A stretch of 64,000 nt of DNA from Nitrosopumilaceae archaeon (GTDB lineage: Archaea; Thermoproteota; Nitrososphaeria; Nitrososphaerales; Nitrosopumilaceae). The stretch spans positions 256,001-320,000 of the forward strand of contig CBDCCK010000002.1 in assembly GCA_965214835.1 (NCBI GenBank), in the 5' to 3' direction. The notes below the pieces were generated by a model that saw only the letters and a list, made by a program, of their open reading frames with translations, did not search any database and was not told where the DNA came from. Below, piece by piece: positions 31,965 through 42,660 of this stretch (positions within the stretch are counted from its first letter, which is position 1; each line of letters opens with the position of its first letter). The position numbers and the translations under genes are program-made.

Positions 31965-33265
31965 GGGGATTTGCGGCTTTTCTTTTTGCAGTGTGCGTGG
32001 CCGCGGCAGTCCCGCACGCGTTTGCAGTCTCGCCTGGCCTCCAGGTAGAGACCGTTGCAGAGAATCTAAGGGTACCATGGGCGATGGATTTTGCCCCAGA
32101 TGGTAGGATTTTCTTTACCGAGAGGGGAGGACAGATCAGGATCCTTGAGAGCGGCAGGGTGCTCGACGAGCCTGTAAAGGAGCTGGATGTGGGTTCTGTG
32201 GAGGGGGGACTGCTAGGAATAGCGCTGGATCCTGACTTTGAGGAGAATCACTACGTCTATGTGTACTATACGTATGCGGATCTCCTCTTCACATACAACA
32301 AGGTTGTACGGCTCACCGAGGACGGCGGCAAGCTGACAGACGAGCTTGTCCTGATTGACAGGATTCCAGGGGGCCCAATACACGACGGCGGCCGAATAAG
32401 GTTTGCAGACGACGGCACGCTCTACATAACCACGGGAGAGGCCGGGAGGCCGGAACTGGCCCAGGACTTGGATTCGTTGGGCGGAAAGATTCTGCGCATA
32501 AACTCAGACGGGAGCATACCCAGAGACAACCCGTTTGGGGGATCAGCCGTCTACTCGCTTGGGCACAGAAACCCCCAGGGGCTGGACTGGGATCCCGTCA
32601 CAGGCATGCTGGTAGTCTCCGAGCACGGACCGTCCGGAGAGCGCGGCTTTGCGCACGATGAGATCAACGTGATAGAAAGAGGAGCAAACTACGGCTGGCC
32701 GGACATCATAGGGGATGAGACGGAAGAGGGGATGAGGACGGCTATCCTGCACAGCGGAAGTGCGGTATGGGCGCCCTCCGGTGCCACGTTTTATGACTCA
32801 GAGGAGATTCCGGAGTTTTCAGGCAAGTTCCTGATGGCCGCACTTGCCGGAAAACACCTTCAGGCAGTCAAGCTGGATCTGGAAAACAACCAGGTGATCA
32901 GCTCCGAGGAGTACTTTGCAGGGGACTATGGAAGGCTGAGAGACGTGGCAGTGGATGATGAGGGCAACGTATACATCCTGACGAGCAACCGGGACGGGAG
33001 GGGAATCCCCGCCCAAAATGACGACAGGATTCTAAAGATATCACCGGCCTACCACGAGAAGCAGGCGGATATGACGATTTACGAGCCGCCCCGAAAGCAG
33101 CTGGAGCATACCACGGATCTGTACGATATCAGGTGCAACGAGGGCATGAGGCTGGTCTTCAAAAACCTGGCATGGACTCCGGCATGCGTAAAGAGCACCT
33201 CTGTCGGAAAGCTGATCGACAGAGGATGGGCATCAGAGGACCTGCCAGAGCACATGCGCAACTAG
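31961..33265 (+). CDS. PQQ-dependent sugar dehydrogenase (GSDH family), secreted
   Basis: Signal peptide, GGLLGIALDPDF, HDGGRI, GHRNPQG, GRLRDV. Confidence 0.9.
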   Translation: MRGFAAFLFAVCVAAAVPHAFAVSPGLQVETVAENLRVPWAMDFAPDGRIFFTERGGQIRILESGRVLDEPVKELDVGSVEGGLLGIALDPDFEENHYVYVYYTYADLLFTYNKVVRLTEDGGKLTDELVLIDRIPGGPIHDGGRIRFADDGTLYITTGEAGRPELAQDLDSLGGKILRINSDGSIPRDNPFGGSAVYSLGHRNPQGLDWDPVTGMLVVSEHGPSGERGFAHDEINVIERGANYGWPDIIGDETEEGMRTAILHSGSAVWAPSGATFYDSEEIPEFSGKFLMAALAGKHLQAVKLDLENNQVISSEEYFAGDYGRLRDVAVDDEGNVYILTSNRDGRGIPAQNDDRILKISPAYHEKQADMTIYEPPRKQLEHTTDLYDIRCNEGMRLVFKNLAWTPACVKSTSVGKLIDRGWASEDLPEHMRN

Positions 33266-33627
33266 GCCAGCTAGGCAAAATGCGAATGGAACTGCCGTCA
33301 TTGTCTTGCTGCCAAGCATAACTTGAGGCATGGCGCTCGCGAGAACGGAAGCTGTACAGGGAGATTCTCAGCATACGTCGCTTGGCCGTGTCAGCAGATG
33401 CACGCTCACGATTCCCGTAAACCTCCCGGTCCCAGTTTCTCGCTTGACGCCGGCCATCAAAAGGAGGCAGGCAAACAACGTGCTGTTATACATCTGGATT
33501 TGATGGTCGCATTGATCAGTGTCCAACGGGGACGCAGCGCCGTAGTGCGTGCAGTTGAAAGCCGAGCATTTTTTTATCGAAATATGTAGTGTCAAAATTA
33601 TGATCCATTCTTTTGCTGTGCGCACTA

Positions 33628-33655
33628 CAGTACTGCCCGAGTGGTAAGCTCTTAC
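33628..33655 (+). repeat. family A remnant (single arm)
   Basis: CAGTACTGCCCGAGTGGTAAGCTCTTAC resembles the right end of the repeat. Confidence 0.45.
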
Positions 33656-33703
33656 CGGCATAAGCATGACATGAGATATTAAGAGCGGCGGTCGTGAAAG
33701 GCC

Positions 33704-34534
33704 ATGGCCAAGGTGGCACTGGTTACGGGCAGCTCTACTGGTATCGGATATGAGACGTCACTGGCGCTGGCAAGGGACGGATATCATACGTTTGCAAGCA
33801 TGAGGGACACCTCAAAGGCTGCAAAGCTTTTGGAGACTGCCAAAAAGGAGGGTCTCCCTCTGGAGGCAATAGAGCTGGACGTAGACGACGGCGAGTCCGT
33901 AAAAAAGGCAGTTGAAAAGATCACATCCGAAAAGGGGTGCATCGACGTGCTGGTAAACAACGCCGGCTACGGGCAGTTTGGATGTACAGAGGACGTCACC
34001 CTGGACGAGTTCAGGATGCAGTTTGAGACCAATTTCTTCAGCATAGTCAGAATCATTCAGCAGGTTGCCCCCACGATGAGAAGGCAAAAATCCGGCATCA
34101 TCGTAAACGTCAGCTCGGTGGTAGGGAGGATTGGACTGCCGGGATCCACGGCATACATCAGCACGAAATTTGCGCTGGAGGGGCTAAGCGAATGCCTCAG
34201 GTACGAGCTGGGGCAGTTTGGGATAAAGACTACGCTTATCGAGCCCGGAGTCACCAAGACGAACTTTTTTGACTCTATGAGGATTCCAGAGTCAAGGTCA
34301 GACCCCAAGTACAAGGAGATGACTGACAACATCCTGTCAGGACTCAAAATGATGGTCGAGATGGGAACCGAGCCGTCTCAGGTGGCAAGTGTAATCATCG
34401 GGGCGATTCATGACGAGGAGATCCTGCCAAGATATACGGCAGGGACGGATGCGGCCATGTTCATGGAGGCAAGAAAGATGAAGACGGACATCGAGTTTGA
34501 AAGGTACATGTCAAAGGAGCTGTTCTCAGGCTAG
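33704..34534 (+). CDS. SDR-family oxidoreductase
   Basis: TGSSTGIG, NNAGYG, YISTK. Confidence 0.93.
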   Translation: MAKVALVTGSSTGIGYETSLALARDGYHTFASMRDTSKAAKLLETAKKEGLPLEAIELDVDDGESVKKAVEKITSEKGCIDVLVNNAGYGQFGCTEDVTLDEFRMQFETNFFSIVRIIQQVAPTMRRQKSGIIVNVSSVVGRIGLPGSTAYISTKFALEGLSECLRYELGQFGIKTTLIEPGVTKTNFFDSMRIPESRSDPKYKEMTDNILSGLKMMVEMGTEPSQVASVIIGAIHDEEILPRYTAGTDAAMFMEARKMKTDIEFERYMSKELFSG

Positions 34535-34745
34535 CCTGAACCCCTACGTTAAATTGATGTGCGTATACCGTGGAATTTCGGCAGTATGCAGTTTTTAGGA
34601 ATGAAAAAGGATGAAAAAGACGGAAAAAGCTGTACGCCGCGGCGCTGCAGAAAAAATTCCTCTGGGTGCAAAAGGAAAAGATCAGCTGGAAGAAGATAGC
34701 CAGACAATAATCATTTAAAAAGAAGATACAGTGATGGTTTTTTGA

Positions 34746-34860
34746 GCCGGGGTAGCTCAGCCTGGTTAGAGTGCCAGATAACTTGGCAGACTCTAAGGGT
34801 TCTCCAACTAAGGCAATACTCATAATCTGGAGGTCGCGAGTTCGAAACTCGCCCCCGGCA
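34746..34860 (+). tRNA. tRNA-Met(CAT), probably elongator, with a 40-nt non-canonical intron (34778-34817)
   Basis: GCCGGGGTAGCTCAG...CCAG^A-CTCATAA-TCTGG...GTTCGAAAC..CCCCGGCA; bulge-helix-bulge around TGCC/GGCA. Confidence 0.9.
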
Positions 34861-34906
34861 TACACAAACCGGCTTTACTGGGGTTGATCAATATCAGAGG
34901 GGCATC

Positions 34907-35470
34907 ATGACGGAGCCAACAAGGAATGACCCGGTCTTGCTGCTGGTAAAAAAGGCCACAGATGGTGAAAAGGCCAAAACTCCGGGAGTGATGGGCAAAA
35001 AGGCACTGCAAAAGAGCATGTATTTTTTTAATGAGGCATTCAACCTGCTTACCTTCAAATGGAAAGACCATGGGCCGTTTTCTGGAGAAATTCAGCAAAC
35101 AGTACGTGATTTTGTGAGCAATAAAAGAATAAAGGTGGAAGACCTGCCTGCAAAAAAAGACGGAATCCACACAAGAAGCATGACGTTTGTAAAGTCACAT
35201 AATCAGTATTTTGCAGAGATCAAGTTCCCAGAGCAGGCTGACAAAAAAATGAACGAGATGGTACACTTTACAAGTGGAAGGTAGCCTAGGGAACTAGAAC
35301 TGCTAGCCTCGGTGCATTACTGGGCAAAAAGGCAGCTTGGAATGTCAGATGAATATACCACAGGACGCATACACAGAAAACTAGCAGAGCTAAAACCAGA
35401 TGCAGGGTTTGTAGAGGAGAATGTCGAATCAGCCCTTTCCACATTAAAATCCAGCAATCATTTAGAGTAA
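34907..35470 (+). pseudogene. YwgA/DUF4065-like protein with an in-frame TAG at 35282
   Basis: GKKALQKSMYF..HGPFS; frame continues after TAG as PRELELLASVHY...LE*. Confidence 0.6.
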
Positions 35471-35669
35471 ATAGGGCAAGGCAAAAACTGTCGAAACAGC
35501 ATATGCCCTGTGTCAGGCCAATTCGTATTAACGCCATACAGTAGAGCCTGCCTCGCATGCTAAGATGCAAGCTGCCATACCGGCAGGCAAGAGCTCTCGG
35601 AATATTTCGTGATCAGATACTCCCACAAGCAGCAGATGGCCTTTAAGAATTTATGATTGCCAGCATAGT

Positions 35670-35747
35670 AAACCTTATGCGTAATTGCCAAAAATGACGT
35701 AAAAGCTGGCTGATTTTTTTGATTTTAACCGATTACGCACAAGGTCT
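35670..35747. mobile_element. 78-bp MITE of the IS5-type element at 16521
   Basis: TIR AAACCTTATGCGTAA / TTACGCACAAGGTCT; same AGT direct repeat. Confidence 0.85.
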
Positions 35748-35755
35748 AGTATGCA

Positions 35756-36621
35756 CTACCCTCTGATAGAGACCACCAGATCCACCCTGTAGTCCATCTC
35801 GATTCTGTCGCTGATTTTTAGCCTCCAGGGGATAAAGCTTGGCTTTTGCGTATCCTCTGAGATCTGAAAGCGCCGTCCTTCTAGCTCAGAGCGCAGGGAG
35901 TCAGGCCCGACGGGGCGGCGGACCGAGGATGCGCCGCGGTTGTTGTCGTATGGATCTGCCAGAATCAGGGTTTTTCTGACCTGCCTTGATAGAACAGACA
36001 GTAGTTCCCGTGGCTCTATGATCTCCAACAGGTTAAGGCCGACTATTGTATCGAATTTTTTGTCCCCAAAGGGGTGGTTAAGGGAGTCTGCCACGAAATA
36101 GTCCAGCTTTTCATTAAAGGCAGTCTTGGCGACAAAAAGCGCAGAAAATGACCTGTCGATTCCAAATGCGCGCCTGTTGTGTCTTGAGAGGTGCTCAGCT
36201 ACGATGCCAACAGAGCAGCCGTGCTCTAGGGCCACGCCAGGATCCAGCCCTGCGATGACCTGCTTGATTTTCAAATAAAGGGCCGAATCCCTGCTTGAGG
36301 AGTATACCTGCGCCAGTGGGACTCGTGATCACTCCTGTCGGTCTGGAGCCTGCCACCCCTAAGGGACTGCCTGATGAGGGATTTAAGCCGAGGGTTCCGG
36401 GCTTGTGCATGCAGCAATCCGCCGAGTTTTGGCCTCTCAGAGAGGTAGGATTGAGGCGTTCTCCACAGTACTGGAATCTTCATTACAATGGGAAACACAT
36501 GACTGCACTCTTTGCAGGTGAGAAATCCCTCGTTGACCTCCTTGGTTGCATCAAAAACATCGAGCTCCAACTCCCCGCCGCAGTTTACACACCTCAGGTA
36601 CTCCAGGCTGGACTCGTGCAT
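35756..36621 (-). pseudogene. Trm112-like + methyltransferase fusion with a 1-bp frameshift near 36313
   Basis: LRCVNCGG..LTCKEC..FPI N-terminus; LEHGCSVG in the second ORF; adding one G joins HW-AQVYSSS...LKIKQ. Confidence 0.7.
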
Positions 36622-36705
36622 CAAAAACTGGTTTGTCTTTGCGGTATAATACCCATGCTGAGCCTCAAGATAATATTAAATGGAGTGCAGGCCCGAGTGT
36701 CTGCA

Positions 36706-37896
36706 ATGGGGGAGTTTGAGGAGTTTGCCGAGGCGCTCTTTGGCCAGCTCAGCGTGGAGCTTGACGAGGAACGGGAGATTGCGGAGCTGGCCGCAAGGGC
36801 TAGGGAGACGCTTCCCGAAAACATCCGGTTCAGGGAGCTGGAGGACGTTGCAGGCGGGGTTTTGCCAGAATGCAGGCAAAAGGCAGAGGAGTTTCTGGGA
36901 GTGGCGGTTCCGGAGAATATCGATGTAAAGTTTCCCGAGCTCTCGGAGCTAAAAAAGCTCAAGGGCGACAAGGTCTTCGCAGACGAGGAGTCAGGAGGGT
37001 TTGTAAGGGATCTGTTTGAGGCAGTCTCAGTGGAGGACCAGTCAAGGATAGCAGAACTGATGAGGAAGGACACTGCAAAATACCTTGTTTACTCCACATA
37101 CGCAATACAGTACATCTCAAAGATCACGACCACGTATGGGGACTATCTGGACTCGGTAATCTACCTAAACAAGTTTATTCTATCAAGGTATCCCTCGATA
37201 ATCCTGCAAAAACGGGGGGAGCCATACGAGGCAAACTTTGAAAGCATCAACTCCGGATACCTGGGGGCAGTCAAGATGACGGTCCTCGAGGAGATGGTAC
37301 ACTCGACCCAGGAAAGCCTGCAGCAGATCAACATCAGGGCCGCACAACAGGTAAACAGAATCAACGAAGAGCTTGCAGACATAGTTTTGGGGCTAGATGC
37401 AAGGACGGTGGACGAGCTGGCAGAATACTGCCAGCTCCAGGCCGTGCCAGAGGACTTTCCGTTTGCAAAGAGGGCAAACCTGTTTTTCTTTCTGAACCCG
37501 GACCACTTCCTAACAGAGCAGATCGGGCCGGACGTCATGACGTTTACGCACGTGGAGATCGACCCCAAGATCGGCGAGGCGATTCCGCAGCTGCTGGACA
37601 TATACAGTAGGTGGCTGGCCCCAATCCAGCAGCATCATGCCGCCTTTACAGCCATGGAGGGAATGGCGGCCTTTGCAGTCGAGCGCATCCTAAAAGGCGA
37701 CAGGGACTTTCAGACGTATCTTGCCACGTTCATGGGGACCGACTTTTCGTCATACCAGGTAAGGAAGGGCATGGGCAGGGACTTTGTCAAGGCGGCCTTT
37801 GAAAGGCACGAAAGGGGGGCATTCAAAAAAATCATCGATGCGCCGCCTACGACAAGGGAGCTAAAAGACCCGCAGGCGTATTTGGGCAGACTCTAG
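36706..37896 (+). CDS. conserved hypothetical protein (possible zincin-like)
   Basis: Start MGEFEEF; EEMVHSTQ and MEGMAAF motifs; PPTTRELKDP..Y tail. Confidence 0.7.
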   Translation: MGEFEEFAEALFGQLSVELDEEREIAELAARARETLPENIRFRELEDVAGGVLPECRQKAEEFLGVAVPENIDVKFPELSELKKLKGDKVFADEESGGFVRDLFEAVSVEDQSRIAELMRKDTAKYLVYSTYAIQYISKITTTYGDYLDSVIYLNKFILSRYPSIILQKRGEPYEANFESINSGYLGAVKMTVLEEMVHSTQESLQQINIRAAQQVNRINEELADIVLGLDARTVDELAEYCQLQAVPEDFPFAKRANLFFFLNPDHFLTEQIGPDVMTFTHVEIDPKIGEAIPQLLDIYSRWLAPIQQHHAAFTAMEGMAAFAVERILKGDRDFQTYLATFMGTDFSSYQVRKGMGRDFVKAAFERHERGAFKKIIDAPPTTRELKDPQAYLGRL

Positions 37897-37905
37897 GCAT
37901 GCGCT

Positions 37906-38724
37906 TTGATCCCAGATACTAGATCCAGGATTGCACGGTGGTTGGAAATCGTGGAGAGTCCCGGCCTGAGCCTTGCCGAAAAGAGCCTGAACCTGGCAAG
38001 AATCGTAGAGTATCCGGATCTTGACATAAAAAAATACACGGACAGGATTGGGGAGATCGGAGCATCGCTGCGCGAGGCTGCCGGCGGCGTAAAAAACCCC
38101 ACATATCTCATCTCCGTGCTAAACGAGCACCTCTTTGACAACTTTGGCATGACGGGGGACGAGGACGACTATTATGATCCAAAAAATAACTTTGTAAACG
38201 AGGTAATTGACAAAAAGTCCGGACTGCCGATTACCATCTCGGTGATCTACGTCGAGGTGGCAAGGCACGTGGGACTGGATCTGCAGATCGTCGGGTTCCC
38301 AAGCCACGTCCTTGTAAAGTACGGGGAGGAGCTGATAATCGATCCGTTCTACGGCGGCAGGGTGCTTGGAGTCGAGGAGCTGCAGCAGATTTTGGATCTG
38401 AACTTCGGCGGGGAGGTAGAGTTTGCACCAGAGTTCTTGGATGCGATCTCAGGTGAGAGGACGCTGGCCAGGATAGCCAGAAACCTGAAAAACTCCTACA
38501 TGCAATCGTATGCGTTTGAGAAGGCAGAGCTGTGCGCGGATCTTGTGACGGCCATGGAGCAGGACGTCCCCGAGGACGTAAGAGACAGGGGGATCATCGA
38601 GGAGGGGCTCTCAAGGTTCGAGCCTGCACTGGCGCACCTCAATCGGTACCTAGAGATGAACCCGAATGCACGGGACGCAGACTATGTCTTGGATTTGATC
38701 AGAAATATTAGAGCAAGGGTCTAG
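37906..38724 (+). CDS. SirB1/transglutaminase-like protein with TPR
   Basis: YYDPKNNF, GLPITIS, GFPSHVL, IDPFYGG, RDRG. Confidence 0.85.
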   Translation: MIPDTRSRIARWLEIVESPGLSLAEKSLNLARIVEYPDLDIKKYTDRIGEIGASLREAAGGVKNPTYLISVLNEHLFDNFGMTGDEDDYYDPKNNFVNEVIDKKSGLPITISVIYVEVARHVGLDLQIVGFPSHVLVKYGEELIIDPFYGGRVLGVEELQQILDLNFGGEVEFAPEFLDAISGERTLARIARNLKNSYMQSYAFEKAELCADLVTAMEQDVPEDVRDRGIIEEGLSRFEPALAHLNRYLEMNPNARDADYVLDLIRNIRARV

Positions 38725-38894
38725 TCGATGATCGAGCTTACATCATTGCCTTTTTTGATCTGGGAGATCTCATGGCGGGCAATCCTGTTTCTCAGTGCGC
38801 GCTTGAGGATGTTTATCTCCTCCCTCAGCAATGCGACCTCGTCTTCTAGCTTGGCCACCCTCTCATAAATGGTCTCTGCTTCGTCTGAACTCAT
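38721..38894 (-). CDS. 57-aa coiled-coil protein
   Basis: MSSDEAETIYERVAKLEDEVALLREEINILKRALRNRIARHEISQIKKGNDVSSIID; below the ORF-track cutoff. Confidence 0.65.
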   Translation of the reverse strand: MSSDEAETIYERVAKLEDEVALLREEINILKRALRNRIARHEISQIKKGNDVSSIID

Positions 38895-38952
38895 GCTGTG
38901 ATAGTGAAAAAATTATCTTAAAAAGTTATGGGTTTGCTCGCCTGCGGCTAGG

Positions 38953-39114
38953 CTACAGGTCAAACTCCTGCCGGCACTTTTCACACTTGCACTTTTCCTG
39001 GCCGGGGTGTCCAATCAGGAATATGCGCCCGATTGTCTGGCACATAGGGCACATGCCCGTCGTGACGTTTTTTGGACCTGTCCTGATGATTTTCTGGGTC
39101 TTTCGGCGTCCCAT
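38953..39114 (-). CDS. 53-aa zinc-ribbon protein (Elf1-like layout)
   Basis: MGRRKTQKIIR...CPMC...CKCEKC; below the ORF-track cutoff. Confidence 0.65.
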   Translation of the reverse strand: MGRRKTQKIIRTGPKNVTTGMCPMCQTIGRIFLIGHPGQEKCKCEKCRQEFDL

Positions 39115-39156
39115 GACATGGAATCCATTTTCGGATTATTAAGTCTAATTTTTAAG

Positions 39157-39243
39157 TGGCGCGGGGAGGGGGATTTGAACCCCCGTGTCCTTGCGGACAT
39201 GGGATTAGCAATCCCACGCCCTACCAGGCTAGGCGATCCCCGC
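39157..39243 (-). tRNA. tRNA-Ser(GCT)
   Basis: GCGGGGATCGCCTAG...TGGGA-TTGCTAA-TCCCA, long variable arm GTCCGCAAGGAC, GGTTCAAATCC, CCA. Confidence 0.95.
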
Positions 39244-39275
39244 ACGGCTTGGCTAGGACTGTTCTGTAAATAAAT

Positions 39276-40022
39276 TCACTCTTCTCCAAACCGGGCATAG
39301 TTTCTGACTATATCCTCAATGGGAATGCGCTTGCCTCCCACTATCTGGAGATCCACATGAACCTTCCTGTTTTTGACGGTGATGATGTTGTAGGTGTTCT
39401 CAAAAAGACCCCTGACCCGCTCGGATGTGGCGGTTCCGGCATTTACCACCATGAGCTCGCCAAAGTTCCAGGCCCAGGGCCTGTGCTTGTGACCGCACAG
39501 GACGAGATTGACGTGGGTTGCAAGTATCGTTCGAAGCACGTCGCCTGCATCCACAACCGTCAGCTGATCAGATCCGGTATCAGGAATGGCAACTAGGTGG
39601 TGGTGCATCGCTAGGATCTTTACCTTGTTTTTGTATTTTTTCATGGTTCTCTCCAGCCACAGGTTCTGACGATATCCGACCTCCCCGTCATTTCTGTCAG
39701 GCCTGGCGGTGCCAAGGATCACCAGGACGGTATCCCGGTCTAGCTCGTTAACTGCCTCAAAGGGAAAGTATTTTTTGAACAGCAGGTATCCGGTGTTTCT
39801 ATAGTCGTGGTTTCCGCTGATTGTGATTAGCTTTCTGGTTTTGATCTTGCCCAAAAGGCTCCTGCATGCCTCGTACTCTTTTACGAGTCCCTCGTTGGTC
39901 AGATCCCCGGTTACTACGACCACGTCGGGCTTGAGGGAGTTTACCTCCCTGACCAGTCTTGAGAAAACGTCGGGTCGGAACTGGGAGCCGACGTGAAGAT
40001 CAGATATCTGAACAATTATCAT
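39276..40022 (-). CDS. metallophosphoesterase (calcineurin-like)
   Basis: SDLH, TGDL, GNHD, MHHH, GHKH. Confidence 0.92.
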   Translation of the reverse strand: MIIVQISDLHVGSQFRPDVFSRLVREVNSLKPDVVVVTGDLTNEGLVKEYEACRSLLGKIKTRKLITISGNHDYRNTGYLLFKKYFPFEAVNELDRDTVLVILGTARPDRNDGEVGYRQNLWLERTMKKYKNKVKILAMHHHLVAIPDTGSDQLTVVDAGDVLRTILATHVNLVLCGHKHRPWAWNFGELMVVNAGTATSERVRGLFENTYNIITVKNRKVHVDLQIVGGKRIPIEDIVRNYARFGEE

Positions 40023-40481
40023 GTTTGGTTAGAGTATCAGATTTTTGTTATTAAGTTGTCCCTATAGACAATACATAGTCGGAAACACAGATGGGGCAAA
40101 ATGCAGCCATGTGTACACCGGACTGGCAGGAGCCGGGCAGTACTGCACGCAGGCAGGAACCTGGCCAGGTACAAGATGATCCGAATTCCCTGGGCTTGGA
40201 GCACACCCTGCCCGGCACGGGTCACCGATCCCAGCCAAGGCCGCGCCCCAAAAGATCAGACAGCCGCTCGCTGTGCGGACGGAAATAGTCAGCCAGCATC
40301 CTGCGCGCATCACGTGGGTGCCGGCGACCTGCCTGACTCGCCATGGATGGGAAAGTACAGGTACGAGCCGCCCCGTGCGGGTGATCCCGCCGGGCTCAAC
40401 GCGGGCAGCCACCCCCCGATGAGGCGTCGTCAAACGGCTCGTCCCAGAAACCCAGGGGACCCATCAAGCACACCCTGCCTG

Positions 40482-40616
40482 TAGTCAACCCATAAAAGAA
40501 ACGTACAGCTTCAACAACTGCTTTTGGCCTAAAGATCTAGGATCAGGCAAACCATGCGCACATGCCATGAGAAGGCAGACAGAATTCGTGGCATCAAGGG
40601 ACAAATTCTTGCCAAA
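40482..40616 (+). mobile_element. degenerate left end of an IS630 element
   Basis: TAGTCAACCCATAAAAG...AAAGATCT...GTGGCATCAAGGGACAAATTCTTGCCAAA aligns to the reverse complement of 42516-42653. Confidence 0.65.
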
Positions 40617-41511
40617 AAGGCGTACTAGAGGGTTGTTTCCTAATTCGGTAATTGGCCTAATTCTCTAAATTCTTCCCTGCATTGATCAGAACGGGTGTAG
40701 GCTCTGTACGAGGCCACGTCCCCTTGCTAGCCAGGCATGAAAGTCATAGTCATGCATACCAACTCGTGCCTGATTGGCGGGAGTAGGTGATCTCGTACCC
40801 TCTAATGACCAAACACAAGAGGCGCAAGGAGTACAAGTACTACCATGCTACCCATACCCAAGAACCGGGGCTGCTATGACCCCTTTTTGCTCAGCTTTGA
40901 GAGTTCTGAGTATGTGATTTTCATCAGATCATTTGAAAGCCGTTTTGGCCCCCACGGCGAGGGGCAGGTATAACTACCTGGCTATCCAGTCATCCAGATC
41001 ACTTTTTTTGTGCCAAACCGGACGGGTACCGTGTTGCTATTGTGGCTTGTCCCCCGCGGCGATGTCGCCTTTCAGATCAGATACTATTCTACCTGCTTGT
41101 TTCAGGCGATACAAAAGCAAGTCCAGAACAGCTTCGATGCCTGACGCTCAGGACATTCATTACAAATGGCAATGGCTACGCATGATAATAGTGTGTACTT
41201 GGCATATTCTATTAGGTATTGAGATGATCCGAAATTAGAAACCGTGCAGATCATTGCCCGGATTTTTCTGTACATTTGCCAAGTGATTTACAGATAACTT
41301 GTAATTTGCAAGCATTTTTTTAATCGATTTAATGCAAGCAAACTCGTTCATGCATGATCCGAACTTCGAATCAACTACTCTCAGCATCGTGTGCGAGCTG
41401 GCCAAACTGAGGGCACTGGCCAGAATCACTGCTACTACCTGATGGAGGTCGACCGCAGAGCAGCTACGGACGGGGCACTCGGCGTCTAATTTCGGATCAC
41501 CTCTCTGCCCG

Positions 41512-42653
41512 TAGTCAGCCCATTAAATATTTGAACAGTTTTACTGACAGAACTTCGCGCTTGGCAAACAGCCTCCGTACGGATCGCTCCATGTCATCAA
41601 GAGTATCGAATATCCTGGCAGACAGCCTCCGCTTTATCTCCATGTACCGTATCTTGACGGGGTTGAGCTCCGGCGTGTACGGAAGCAGATATTCCAGCAT
41701 TATCTCGCCATCGTAGTTTTTGTGTCTCCTTTACGCCACCGGACTTGTGGTATGACGCATTGTCCAGGAATATCAGCACCTTGCCGTACCTCTTGTGCAC
41801 CCTTTCTAAAAAGTCGCAAAAGCTGCCGGTGTTGGTCTTCTCATAGAGCATAAAGTAAAACGTCGCAGCTGCCAGCACACCAAACATGTACCGGCGCTAC
41901 CGTGACAGGGACGAGGGCACCGTGACGCTCATGCCGCGCTTTATCCACCCGCGTTTGGGGCTGTTCGAGGTCTTTTGGACGGAGGACTCGTCCTCTTCCA
42001 GCACCGTATACCCTTGTGCCGTCTTTTCCCTGATCAGCTTTTATGATGCATCCTTGAACTCGTTTTGCTTGCGTTTTGAGGCAGCTTTTGGGTTTTTCGG
42101 CCTTGATGTCCTCCACGAAAAGCCCAGCTTGTGTGCCAGCAGAAGCGTGCCGCTCCTGCTGTACTGCACGCCGAACTTCTTTCTGATGTGCAGACTTATC
42201 AGGCGCGAGTCCCACAGGCTGCTCTCAAAGCCGCAGGTCTGTGGGCCTGCCTTGAGATCCGCGCCAAGCTGCCTCATCTGCGACTCGCTCAGCTTGTGCT
42301 TGCGTCCCCTGCCTGGCCGCTCGTGTCTTGCGCGTATGCCCTCCTCCCGGGCGCGGATGAGCCATTCTGATATGGCAGACGTTGACCGGCCGAGGTTCTT
42401 TGCTATCTGCAATATGCTGTTGCCGTCCTTGCGCTGTATGTATGCAAGCAGCCTGTCGCCTTTTCTCTTGTTGGTCTCCTTTTTGTATGCCTGGAGGAGG
42501 TAGGCGCGTGACGTGTTTGGCAGGAACTTGCCCTCCGATGCTACGGGTTGCTTTTTCTGTGTGCCCATGTACATATGTATGACTTCCCTGGTCTTTAGAT
42601 CTTTGGATCAAAAATAGTTGTCAAAACAATCCGTTTTTTTTATGTGTTGACTA
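41512..42653 (-). mobile_element. IS630-family element with a pseudogenised transposase
   Basis: TA-flanked ends TAGTCAGCCCATTAAA / TAGTCAACACATAAAA; HTH, EDE, DNASYH, YTPELNP; two in-frame stops and a frameshift. Confidence 0.9.
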
Positions 42654-42660
42654 TGGCATA

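Noticed and set aside
35282-35284. Pyrrolysine or programmed amber read-through
   Set aside because: No pyl machinery in the window and many other pseudogenes nearby; a nonsense mutation is simpler.
36295-36705. 137-aa N-terminal extension of ORF 36295..37896
   Set aside because: It overlaps the opposite-strand methyltransferase 5' part; MGEFEEF at 36706 is the more plausible start.
40080-40480. GC-rich stretch as RNase P or SRP RNA
   Set aside because: Universal RNase P and SRP motifs were not found by eye.
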